From an uncultured Cypionkella sp. (lineage in GTDB: Bacteria; Pseudomonadota; Alphaproteobacteria; Rhodobacterales; Rhodobacteraceae): a DNA stretch of 43,774 nucleotides. The notes beneath the pieces are model-generated. The model was not told the DNA's origin and ran no database searches. It worked only from the letters and a program-made list of their open reading frames with translations. The DNA is taken from the NCBI GenBank assembly GCA_964497815.1, contig CAZCFC010000001.1, forward strand, positions 1 through 43,774. The letters are read 5' to 3'. Of the stretch, positions 30,011 to 38,930 are shown in pieces. The position numbers and the translations under genes are program-made. Each line of letters begins with the position of its first letter. The stretch's first letter is position 1.

Positions 30011-30766
30011 GTGTCGCTTGGGTTGTTTGATTTGACGGGGCGGCGCGCGCTGATCACCGGATCATCGCAGGGCATCGGGTTGGCTTTGGCGCGCGGGCTG
30101 GCACAAGCGGGGGCGCAGATTGTTTTGAACGGGCGCGATGCGGTCAAGCTGGCTGCGGCGGCCGCCGACTTGCCGGGGGCGGCAACGCTGGCCTTTGATG
30201 CCACCGATCACAAGGCGGTGCGCGCGGCTGTCGACGGGTTCGAGGCGAATACAGGCCCAATCGACATTCTGGTCAACAATGCCGGAATGCAGCACCGCGG
30301 CCCGCTTGAAGAATTTCCGGAAGATGCCTTTCAACGCCTGCTGCAAACCAACATCTCCTCGGTGTTCAATGTCGGTCAGGCCTGCGCGCGGCACATGATT
30401 GCGCGCGGAGAAGGCAAGATCATCAACATCGCCTCGGTCCAGACCGCCTTGGCACGTCCGGGCATTGCGCCCTACACGGCCACAAAGGGCGCGGTGGGCA
30501 ATCTGACGAAAGGCATGGCGACGGATTGGGCCAGACACGGGCTGCAATGCAACGCGATTGCGCCGGGCTATTTTGATACACCGTTGAATGCGGCGTTGGT
30601 GGCGGATCGCGGTTTTGGCGACTGGCTGGAAAAGCGCACTCCGGCGGGGCGTTGGGGCAGGGTGGATGAACTGGTCGGGGCCTGCATATTTTTGGCTTCT
30701 GCGGCGTCCAGTTTTGTGAACGGCCACTGCCTTTATGTCGATGGCGGCATTTCGGTGTCGTTGTGA
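30011..30766 (+). CDS. idnO: Gluconate 5-dehydrogenase (5-keto-D-gluconate 5-reductase), SDR
   Basis: LFDLTGRRALITGSSQGIG, NNAGMQHR, IINIASVQ, YTATKG, APGYF.T.LN..LV; GTG start at 30011 with GAGGAG RBS. Confidence 0.88.
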   Translation: MSLGLFDLTGRRALITGSSQGIGLALARGLAQAGAQIVLNGRDAVKLAAAAADLPGAATLAFDATDHKAVRAAVDGFEANTGPIDILVNNAGMQHRGPLEEFPEDAFQRLLQTNISSVFNVGQACARHMIARGEGKIINIASVQTALARPGIAPYTATKGAVGNLTKGMATDWARHGLQCNAIAPGYFDTPLNAALVADRGFGDWLEKRTPAGRWGRVDELVGACIFLASAASSFVNGHCLYVDGGISVSL

Positions 30767-31260
30767 TGCGGTTGGTTCTGATGGGGGTTGCGGGCTGTGG
30801 CAAGTCCTCGGTCGGGGCGGCTTTGTCTGCTGCGATGGACCTTCCTTACCGCGACGGCGACGATCTGCACCCGGCAGAAAACATTGCAAAGATGAGCGCG
30901 GGTCAACCCTTGACCGATGCCGACCGCTGGCCTTGGTTGGAACTGGTGGGGCGGGCGCTTTGCTCTGGCCCGATGATCATCGGATGTTCGGCGCTGCGTC
31001 GTGTGTACCGTGACCGGATCACAGTGGCAGCGGGCGCACCTGTCTGCTTTGTGCATCTTGCGGGCAGCCGCGCAGTGATCGAGGCGCGGATGCGGTCGAG
31101 GCAGGGCCATTTCATGCCCCCGGCCCTTCTGGACAGCCAGTTCGCCACACTGGAGCCGCCTGCATCCGACGAAAATGCCGTGACCGTCGATATAGATCAG
31201 CCGCTGATCCAGATTGTGACCGCGATACAGGCCGCGTTGGCGCAGCGCGGCAGGGGATGA
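30766..31260 (+). CDS. gntK: Gluconokinase
   Basis: MGVAGCGKS, DGDDLHP..N..KM..G.PLTDADRWPWL, CSALRR.YR, HFMP..LLDSQF.TLE.P. Confidence 0.95.
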   Translation: MRLVLMGVAGCGKSSVGAALSAAMDLPYRDGDDLHPAENIAKMSAGQPLTDADRWPWLELVGRALCSGPMIIGCSALRRVYRDRITVAAGAPVCFVHLAGSRAVIEARMRSRQGHFMPPALLDSQFATLEPPASDENAVTVDIDQPLIQIVTAIQAALAQRGRG

Positions 31261-32267
31261 TCCGAAAGCCCCCCACAATGGTTGACGTGGCGCAGGCGGC
31301 AGGGGTTTCCCCGATGACCGTCAGCCGGGCGTTCAGGCAGGACGCCTCTGTTTCGGCGGCGACCCGGCAAGCAGTTATGACCTCTGCCGAGAGGTTGGGC
31401 TATGTTTTTGACGCCACAGCTTCGACCCTGCGGTCGCAGAAGACGCACTTTGTCGCGATGACGATCCCGGCGCTTAACAATGCCAATTTTGCCGCGACTG
31501 TGGATGGGCTGACGGATGGGCTGAAGGCGCGGGGCTTGCAGATTCTGCTGGGCGCAACCGGATACGATCCTGACGAAGAAGAGCGACTGATCGAACAATT
31601 TCTGCGGCGGCGGCCCGAGGCGATTGTGGTGACGGGTGGCGCACATACAGCACGCGCGCGCAGGCTGTTGGCCAATGCTGGCATTCCCGTCGTGGAAACC
31701 TGGGATCTGCCGCCGGACCCAATTGGCCATGTGGTGGGCTTTTCCAACGCCGTCGCCGTGCGGGGGATGGTCGAACATTTCGCCGCCGCAGGGTATCGCC
31801 GCATCGCCTTTCTGGGTGGCGACGATCCGCAAGACACGCGGGGGGCGCAGCGGCGGCAAGGCTTTGTTGCGGCCATGCAGGCGTTGGGGCTGGATGCGTC
31901 ACGGCTTGTTGCGGCGGGGCCTCCTCCGGTTTCAATGCAAGGGGGGGCCGCAGCAATGAGGCGGTTGCTGGACAGCCATCCAGACACGGATGCGGTGATT
32001 TGTGTGTCTGACTTGTCGGCGTTTGGTGCCCTGACCACCTGTCAGCGGCGTGGCATGGCGGTGCCGCAGCACATCGCGATTGCTGGCTTTGGCGATTACG
32101 ACATCGCGGCGGTTGCTGTGCCCAGCCTGACCACGATCAATCCCTTTCCGCGCAGGATCGGGGCAGAAGCCGCGGCATTGATTTTGCGCGTGCTGGACGG
32201 TGCGCAAACCAACACGGCATGGGTAGAGATCCCGCCCGCTTTGGTACCGCGCGAAAGCAGCCGCTAA
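31257..32267 (+). CDS. gntR: LacI-family gluconate repressor (GntR/IdnR-like)
   Basis: PTMVDVAQAAGVSPMTVSRA HTH, IPVVETWD, VGFSN, IAIAGFGD, PSLTT; coupled to gntK. Confidence 0.85.
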   Translation: MIRKPPTMVDVAQAAGVSPMTVSRAFRQDASVSAATRQAVMTSAERLGYVFDATASTLRSQKTHFVAMTIPALNNANFAATVDGLTDGLKARGLQILLGATGYDPDEEERLIEQFLRRRPEAIVVTGGAHTARARRLLANAGIPVVETWDLPPDPIGHVVGFSNAVAVRGMVEHFAAAGYRRIAFLGGDDPQDTRGAQRRQGFVAAMQALGLDASRLVAAGPPPVSMQGGAAAMRRLLDSHPDTDAVICVSDLSAFGALTTCQRRGMAVPQHIAIAGFGDYDIAAVAVPSLTTINPFPRRIGAEAAALILRVLDGAQTNTAWVEIPPALVPRESSR

Positions 32268-32744
32268 GGGTGCCCAATCGGGAAAATGGCCCAAGGTCCC
32301 AACATGGGGCTGTGTCAGCAACAGTCCTGCGGCACAGATCGGATCATGGGTTCATCTTGTGACCTTATGATTCTAAAGGCGAAATCTTGGTATCCATTTG
32401 AAAGCCTGGTCTGCATCCCGATTGCCGCGTTTCAGACCTGTCTGATGATGAAGATCCAAGGCGCTTTGGCGCACCGCAGCCTGCTGCTGCTGATCGGTCT
32501 GGAGGGGGCGGTTGCCAATCGCATCAGTTTTGGCCAGAAGCCACGTTCCGGTCGCACGATTTGTTGATCGCCACCCAATCTGGCGGCTATGGTGCCGAAA
32601 CCAGCATCGAACCGAAATTGCGCCCTGCACCGTACTGCCCTGCCCCACGTCGCGTTTTCGCTGCAAGTGCAGGAAATCTCTGCCATGTTCAGCTGGAAGC
32701 CCATTTCCACGCACCCCTGCTTGCGTCAGCCCCAAGGAGCCGCC

Positions 32745-33512
32745 ATGCCCGCCCCCAAGAACCAACTCAAGGCCGCATTGGCCGCAAAACAGCCCCAGTT
32801 TGGCATCTGGCTGAACCTTGCCAGCCCCTATTCGGCGGAACTTCTGGCCGGGTCGGGGTTTGACTGGCTGTTGATCGACGGCGAACATGGGCCGAACGCC
32901 ATTCCCACCATGTTGGCGCAGGCGCAGACGATTGGCAGCCGCTGTAACGTCGTGATCCGCCCGCCGATTGGCGAGACGTGGATGATCAAGCAGATCCTTG
33001 ATCTGGGGGTACAGACCGTCCTGGTGCCGATGATCGAAAGCGTCGAGCATGCCGCACAGATGGTCAAGGCGATGCGGTATCCCCCCGAAGGCGTGCGCGG
33101 TTTGGGCGCGTCGGTGGCGCGGGCGGCAGATTTTGGCCGGATTGGGGACTATCTGGCATCGGCCAACGCCGAAACCTGCCTGCTGGTGCAGGTGGAAAGC
33201 CGCGCAGGTCTGGCGGCGCTGACGGGAATTCTGCAGCTGGACGGTGTCGACGGCGTATTCATCGGCCCTTCTGATCTGGCGGCCGACATGGGTTTTCCCG
33301 GCAACACCGCTGCACCCGAAGTACAGGCGGCGATTGACGCGGCGCTGATCGAAATCGTTGCTTCGGGCAAGTCGGCCGGGATTCTGACGTTCGATACCGC
33401 CGCCGCCGCGCGCTACAAGGCGATGGGCGTGACATTCCTTGGCGTCGGCGGCGACATCCCGCTTTTGATGACAGCCGCCGCCGCCTTGGCCGAAACGGTG
33501 CGCCGGGTTTAA
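32745..33512 (+). CDS. HpcH/HpaI class II pyruvate aldolase (GarL/RhmA-like)
   Basis: GFDWLLIDGEHGPN, IKQILDLG, LVPM, RYPPEGVRG, VQVES, VFIGPSDL; AAGGAG RBS. Confidence 0.93.
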   Translation: MPAPKNQLKAALAAKQPQFGIWLNLASPYSAELLAGSGFDWLLIDGEHGPNAIPTMLAQAQTIGSRCNVVIRPPIGETWMIKQILDLGVQTVLVPMIESVEHAAQMVKAMRYPPEGVRGLGASVARAADFGRIGDYLASANAETCLLVQVESRAGLAALTGILQLDGVDGVFIGPSDLAADMGFPGNTAAPEVQAAIDAALIEIVASGKSAGILTFDTAAAARYKAMGVTFLGVGGDIPLLMTAAAALAETVRRV

Positions 33513-34654
33513 GCCGCCCGCGCCATCCGCGCGGCACAGGTGCCCAATGGCATCATATCCGCCCCCAGAACCAGCAGATCATCGACATCATGTCCGATGA
33601 TCTGCGCCAGACCGGGCGCACCAATCACCATCGCAGGAACGGTCACCGCCATTCGCAACGCGGCCTGTGGTGCGATGCCCAGAACCCGCACCAACCGCGC
33701 GACGCTTTCTGCCATTGTCACATGCGCGCCCGCCAAGGACCCCTCGGCATTCACCAGCCGGCCTCCGATCAGCCGCACCTCTTGCCCGTAAAGCGTAAAC
33801 CGGTCAGATCCGCCAACGGTGGACATGGCATCCGACACCAGGAACATCCGGTCCGCCACTGGCCTGGCCCGGATTGCAAGACCCAGCATTGCATCCGCCA
33901 CATGATGACCGTCACAGATAAAGCCGCAATAGGCATCCGAGTTGATCGCCGCCCCCGTGACGCCCGGCGCCCGGTTCAGCATCGGCGACATGGCGTTGAA
34001 CAGATGCGTGAAACACCCCGCCCCTTCGGCAAGCGCAGCCTGAACCGCTTCGTCCGTCGCATCAGAATGGCCGATCGACACAACCGCGCCCATGGCCACC
34101 AGTGCCGCAATTTGCCCCGGCTGCACCGCCTCGGGTGCCAATGTGATCTTCACACCGACAGCTTCGGCCCGCAATCGCTCGACATGGGCCATGGTGATGG
34201 CGTCCAGTGGACGAATGAACTGCGGCGCATGGGTGCCCCGGCGTGGCATGCTTAGGTGCGGGCCCTCGATGTGCAGGCCCAGAATGCCTGTCATGCCCTT
34301 CGCTTCGATCGCCGCCTCAACCGCCTGCGCCAGCACCTGGGGCGCATCGGTGATCACCGTTGGCAGAACACCCACAGTGCCAAAGCGGCGATGGGCGGCG
34401 GCCATCACCGCCATTGCCTGCGCCGTGGGGTCGTTGTTCAGCAACGCATCCCCGCCGCCATTCACCTGCAAATCCAGATAACCGGGCGTCACGATGCCGG
34501 GCATCATTTGCCGGTCGGCTCCGGGCGGCAGCTCGGTCAAGGCCGTCAAGGCCACCACACGGCCAGCCACAATCCCAACCGCCATCCCGCTTTGCAGGGT
34601 CTGGCCATCAAAGACCTGATCGGGGCAAAGCCAGAGAGGGGCCGGTTGCGTCAT
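33509..34654 (-). CDS. nagA: N-acetylglucosamine/N-acetylgalactosamine-6-phosphate deacetylase (NagA/AgaA)
   Basis: PGYLDLQVNGGG, LPTVIT, GLHIEGP, GTH, TLAPE, IGHS, FTHLFNAM, DGHHV, VSDAM, SLAG. Confidence 0.93.
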   Translation of the reverse strand: MTQPAPLWLCPDQVFDGQTLQSGMAVGIVAGRVVALTALTELPPGADRQMMPGIVTPGYLDLQVNGGGDALLNNDPTAQAMAVMAAAHRRFGTVGVLPTVITDAPQVLAQAVEAAIEAKGMTGILGLHIEGPHLSMPRRGTHAPQFIRPLDAITMAHVERLRAEAVGVKITLAPEAVQPGQIAALVAMGAVVSIGHSDATDEAVQAALAEGAGCFTHLFNAMSPMLNRAPGVTGAAINSDAYCGFICDGHHVADAMLGLAIRARPVADRMFLVSDAMSTVGGSDRFTLYGQEVRLIGGRLVNAEGSLAGAHVTMAESVARLVRVLGIAPQAALRMAVTVPAMVIGAPGLAQIIGHDVDDLLVLGADMMPLGTCAARMARAA

Positions 34655-35946
34655 GGCGCGGGGTCCTTGTCAAAGCCGGGGCGGGCATCAAGAAAATAAG
34701 GATCAAGCGCCAACTGTATGCTTGCCAGGATCAAGGCCTGTGGCATTGCTCCGCCGATTTCCGCAGCGCGGGCCAGTACTGCGGGGCTGAAAGCTTGCCA
34801 AAGCAGGGGCGCGGGCAGATGGCGGTCTTTCAGATCCTCCAGCAGCGCGGCCACTGCGGCCAACGCCTTGGGCTGCGGCCAGTAATAACGGATCCGGTCT
34901 GCCAGGCCGAAATGACGTTCCACCCGCAAATCCCCGCTGGTGCCATGATAATGGGCCTGCCAGAACGCTGGCTCGGCCAGCATCAACCGCTCCATCACGT
35001 CACAAAGCGGCTCTGTGCTGGCCCAACCGGCCTGTTGACGTAGTGAGTCCAGCGCATAGACCGCCTCGCGATAAGCGAAGGTCAGCGCCGGGCCAACCTT
35101 TTGAAACGCAAAGCCAAGCTGCGCAAGGCGTGGGAAAACCGCTGGATGTTGATAGTCGGTCGAATGTGCCTCAAGGCAAACACCCGGCCAATCGTCCAAC
35201 ACCGCCAGCAATCCCGGATCCCGGCCTAGGGGCATGTGGTGAATTTCCATTGGCGAGAATTCGACCCCGGGCTGCACCACCAATCCGCCGATCTGCGGCA
35301 AGATATGGCCAAGCCCCGCCGCCCGGAACGCCGCCGCATGCGCAGCCATCGTTGCCGCTGCGCTGGCAGGTGTGGTGGGGGCAATGTCACCATGCTCATC
35401 GGCACGCGCGCCGCCCGGAGGTGGCACCTCGGTGCCAATCACGAACATCAGCGCCGCCGGATTGCGCGCCGCAGCCAAAGCAGCCGCCGCCAGATCGGCC
35501 GCCCGCGCGGCCGCCAGTGCATCACCCACCTGTGCCGGTTCGCCCAGACACCCCTCGCTGCAATCCAGATGTATCTTGTTGAACCCGGCAGCAACGTAAT
35601 CTGCGACCAACACCCGCGCCGCTGCCATCGCCTGTGCCGCAGGCCCCTTGCGCCAGACCTGCGGGCCAAGATGGTCGCCGCCAAAGATGATCCGGCTGCG
35701 CGCAACCCCCGCCGCATCCGCGATGCCATGGACAAAGGTGATGAAATCGGCGGGCCGCATCCCGGTATAGCCGCCGTCCTGATTGACTTGGTTGCTGGTC
35801 GCTTCGATCACCACCGGCTGATCCACCTGCTCGGCCAACAGCAGGCTGGCGCGCAGAACGTCGGGATGCGCCGAACACACGGAGGGAATGGCGCAAATCT
35901 GCCGCGCCCGGTTGCGCGCTATGATGTCGTGTAGAATCTCAGCCAT
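34651..35946 (-). CDS. kbaZ: GatZ/KbaZ(AgaZ) family protein, probable tagatose-6-phosphate 4-epimerase
   Basis: SVCSAHP, IEATSNQVNQDGGYTGM, GGDHLGP, KIHLDCS, IGTEVPPPGGA, VVQPGVEF, EAHSTDYQ, KVGPALTF, DRIRYYW; GGAGG RBS before ATG 35946. Confidence 0.92.
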   Translation of the reverse strand: MAEILHDIIARNRARQICAIPSVCSAHPDVLRASLLLAEQVDQPVVIEATSNQVNQDGGYTGMRPADFITFVHGIADAAGVARSRIIFGGDHLGPQVWRKGPAAQAMAAARVLVADYVAAGFNKIHLDCSEGCLGEPAQVGDALAAARAADLAAAALAAARNPAALMFVIGTEVPPPGGARADEHGDIAPTTPASAAATMAAHAAAFRAAGLGHILPQIGGLVVQPGVEFSPMEIHHMPLGRDPGLLAVLDDWPGVCLEAHSTDYQHPAVFPRLAQLGFAFQKVGPALTFAYREAVYALDSLRQQAGWASTEPLCDVMERLMLAEPAFWQAHYHGTSGDLRVERHFGLADRIRYYWPQPKALAAVAALLEDLKDRHLPAPLLWQAFSPAVLARAAEIGGAMPQALILASIQLALDPYFLDARPGFDKDPAP

Positions 35947-36847
35947 GTCCCGCCTCCTTGTAGGCCGCATAGGCCGCTCCACGTGCCCCGGTTGCGTCCC
36001 CACCTTCGGCCAACCGGATTACCGGAATGCCATAGCCCGCAAGTTGCGCCCGTTGCAATGCTGTCGCCAACGCTTCAACCAGCCCATCGGCTTGCGCCAG
36101 CCCTCCCGCCAAGACCACGCAGCCCGGATCCACTGTCAACGTCAGCGTCATCACCAGATCGGTCAAAAGCTCTAACCAGATTGCCCAGCAGGCGGCAATT
36201 TCGGCGTCTGAATTGCGTACAGCCACAATATCCTGCGGCACCATCTGCCGCCCGGTTTTCAGCGCCACGATTCGTGCCAATCCCGGCCCGGCAATCAACG
36301 TTTCGGTGCAGCCCACGCGTCCGCAACCGCAGGCCAACACCGGCAGCCCATGCCGGATCATCGGGCCGGCGGCCAGCGGGAAGTGCCCGAATTCGCCACC
36401 CGTGCCTGTTGGGCTGTCAAGCAAACGCCCCTGAACCACCACACCCCCGGCCAACCCGGTGCCCAGGTTCAGCCCCATCGCGGTGCCAAACCCCCGCGCC
36501 GCGCCGAACATCGCCTCGGACAACGCCTGCGCGCGGCAATCGTTGACATAGGTGATCCCCCGCCCCGCCAGTGCGGCAATATCTGCCGGAAATGGGCGGC
36601 CCGATGCAGGAAGATTTGCCGTCAACGCAAGGCCCGTGGCCGGATTGACCAGTCCTGCCGCAGAAACGCCAATGGGAATTTGCCCCGCCCGGCCCGCGAT
36701 CCAATCCATCTGATCGACCATCGCCCGCACCAGGGCGTCATAGTCCCTGGGGGTGGCAATGCGGTAAGAATCGACCCTGTTCCAGCCTGAATCAAAGATC
36801 TGAGCCTCGATCTTGGTTCCCCCCAGATCAATCCCCGCCGCGATCAT
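35939..36847 (-). CDS. ROK-family sugar kinase (N-acetylhexosamine kinase, NagK/AgaK-like)
   Basis: GIDLGGTKIE, VNDC...ALSE, LGTGLAGG, GEFGH, CGCGRVGCTE, GARGAA; no N-terminal HTH. Confidence 0.9.
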   Translation of the reverse strand: MIAAGIDLGGTKIEAQIFDSGWNRVDSYRIATPRDYDALVRAMVDQMDWIAGRAGQIPIGVSAAGLVNPATGLALTANLPASGRPFPADIAALAGRGITYVNDCRAQALSEAMFGAARGFGTAMGLNLGTGLAGGVVVQGRLLDSPTGTGGEFGHFPLAAGPMIRHGLPVLACGCGRVGCTETLIAGPGLARIVALKTGRQMVPQDIVAVRNSDAEIAACWAIWLELLTDLVMTLTLTVDPGCVVLAGGLAQADGLVEALATALQRAQLAGYGIPVIRLAEGGDATGARGAAYAAYKEAGHG

Positions 36848-37914
36848 TTTGGGGCCACCGGGTAAAGTCTGACCCCGGACACCACCCGTGACAGCGTGCC
36901 CTGACCCGCAAACGGATCATCGACAGGCAACCCCAAAGCGTCTGACCAGACCACGGCCATCACCTGTGCAAGAACCACCGGCAGAATGATCCCCCAACCG
37001 CCCGTAGGCACCGCCACATCACCGCCCGGACCGACCAAAGTTGTCACCGATCCCGGAAATTGTGCCCGCAATTCCGCCACCAGATCGGTGTCATATTGCG
37101 CAGTGTGGGCGTCGTCGGACCCGAAGACCCAAATATCGGTCGCCCCTCGCACAAAGGATTTAGGCCCGTGTCGGAATCCCAGCGTCGAATCCCAGAGCGC
37201 CGGAATTTGTCCCGCTGCCAGCTCCATCACCTTCAACGCCGCCTCGCGCGCAGCATGGGTCAGGGGGCCAGATCCGACAAATACCACCCGATCAGGCCTG
37301 CGAGCGGCTTTGGCGAAGGTTTCGAACTTTGGCAGAAGGCGGATCAGATCATCGGAAAGCGTGTCTAGCCTTGCCGAAACTTCCCCAATGGCCACAGAGC
37401 GATCAAACAGCGCCAACGCCGTCAGCAGCATGGTCGAAAAGCTGGACGTCATCGCAAAACCGGCATCGTGCGTGGCATCGGGCAGCACGACCACGCGTTG
37501 GTCGCGCGCCGCCCGTGTCGCCAACGCCGAAGTGCCGTTGCAGGTTATGTTCAGCCGGGGCGCATCCGGGGCAAGCGCATCCAACGCATCCAGAACGCCC
37601 AGCGTTTCTGCGCTGTTGCCTGACCGCCCAAAGCTGACCACAAGCGGCTTGCGACCGGTCAAATAGGCCCAAGGCCGCGCCACCAGATCGGTTGTGGCCA
37701 CGGCGCGCAGGCGCGGGCCACCTTCCAAAGCGGCGACGGCCATCTCACCGATATAGGCCGAAGACCCTGCCCCGCAGAACCACACTTCATCGACAATCTG
37801 CGCATCAATCCAGCTGCGCAGGCCTGCGACGTCAAGTTGCGCGCCCCATGCGGCCCAGATTGTGGGCTGCGCTTGGATCTCGCGCCATGTGGCAAAATCG
37901 GTCAGGTCGGTCAT
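36844..37914 (-). CDS. agaS: Galactosamine-6-phosphate deaminase/isomerase AgaS (SIS)
   Basis: TWREIQAQP, GAGSSAYIG, SFGRSGNSAE, ITCN, FAMTSSFS, EAALKVMEL, LGFRHGPKS. Confidence 0.88.
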   Translation of the reverse strand: MTDLTDFATWREIQAQPTIWAAWGAQLDVAGLRSWIDAQIVDEVWFCGAGSSAYIGEMAVAALEGGPRLRAVATTDLVARPWAYLTGRKPLVVSFGRSGNSAETLGVLDALDALAPDAPRLNITCNGTSALATRAARDQRVVVLPDATHDAGFAMTSSFSTMLLTALALFDRSVAIGEVSARLDTLSDDLIRLLPKFETFAKAARRPDRVVFVGSGPLTHAAREAALKVMELAAGQIPALWDSTLGFRHGPKSFVRGATDIWVFGSDDAHTAQYDTDLVAELRAQFPGSVTTLVGPGGDVAVPTGGWGIILPVVLAQVMAVVWSDALGLPVDDPFAGQGTLSRVVSGVRLYPVAPK

Positions 37915-38930
37915 GTGGTTTGCGTCACTTTTGAAAGGGTGGCGGGGTGGTCGGGGTCGTGGCCAAGGGCAAGCGCCAGTGCCAGAACCAGCGGATAGGT
38001 CAGATAAAGCAGCAACGCGGCTGCGGCTGCGGGCGTCAGGCTGGCTGCCCCCACATCAGACGGGCGCAGGCGAAACACCGTGCCGCCCGCGCTGCGAAAC
38101 CGCGCCTCGGCGGTATCAAGACTGGCCTGCACATCGGCCTGCCCGGTGTCAAGGATCAGCACCAGCAGGGGTTTCGTTGCCAATTGCAGCGGCCCGTGCA
38201 GGACCTCGGAACTGGAGTAGGCTTCGGCATGCAGCGCGCAGGTTTCCTTCAGCTTCAGCGCCAGCTCTTGTGCTGCGCCATAGCCGGTATCGCGACCGAT
38301 CACATAAACATGTTGCGCACGCAGCAGGGCGGACAGCAGGGCGTTGGTTTTGGGATGTACGGTTCCAGACAACCGAGCGATGGTTTGCGCTGAAGACATT
38401 GCACGCGGGGCATATGACGGCACTAACACTGCCAAAAATGCCATGCCTGCCGCAATCGACCCGATCACGGATTTCGTTGCAGGCACCGCCAGTTCCGGCC
38501 CGGCGCCAATCGGCAAGGTTAAATGCGCGGCCACGCCCACCGCCGAACCCGCCATGTTCACCAGCGCCAGAACCGCGCCGCCGCTGTTGCGCGCACCCTG
38601 GGCCGACCGCACAAGATCTTCACTCGCCCCCGATTGCGACACCACAATCGACAGGGTTCCGGCCATATCCACACCCCGCCCCAGCGAAAACACCGAAGGC
38701 GGCAGTGACGTCATCGGCTTGCCGGTCTCGCGCATGAACTCGTAAGACAGGATATTCGCGACCGCGTCCGACGATCCCCGCGCGATGGTATGGAACGCGC
38801 GACAATCGCCAAGCCGCATCGCAGCCAAATCGGCCCGCGCGGCATCCGAAACCGCCATAGCGACGGTGTGGGCGAACACCGCTGGGGCTTGGGCAATTTC
38901 GGCCCGCATGTGGTGGCCGGGGTCGCTCAT
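37911..38930 (-). CDS. SIS-domain protein, NagB-II-like glucosamine-6-phosphate deaminase
   Basis: M.AEIAQAP, ARGSSD, SQSG.S.D, AGPELAVPATKS, ELALKLKE, SEVLHGP, DHP..LSKVT.T. Confidence 0.82.
   Translation of the reverse strand: MSDPGHHMRAEIAQAPAVFAHTVAMAVSDAARADLAAMRLGDCRAFHTIARGSSDAVANILSYEFMRETGKPMTSLPPSVFSLGRGVDMAGTLSIVVSQSGASEDLVRSAQGARNSGGAVLALVNMAGSAVGVAAHLTLPIGAGPELAVPATKSVIGSIAAGMAFLAVLVPSYAPRAMSSAQTIARLSGTVHPKTNALLSALLRAQHVYVIGRDTGYGAAQELALKLKETCALHAEAYSSSEVLHGPLQLATKPLLVLILDTGQADVQASLDTAEARFRSAGGTVFRLRPSDVGAASLTPAAAAALLLYLTYPLVLALALALGHDPDHPATLSKVTQTT

Noticed and set aside
32745-33512. HpcH aldolase as replacement for the missing KbaY/AgaY
   Set aside because: Different chemistry (pyruvate aldolase rather than DHAP-forming), opposite strand, and no tagatose-6-phosphate kinase is present
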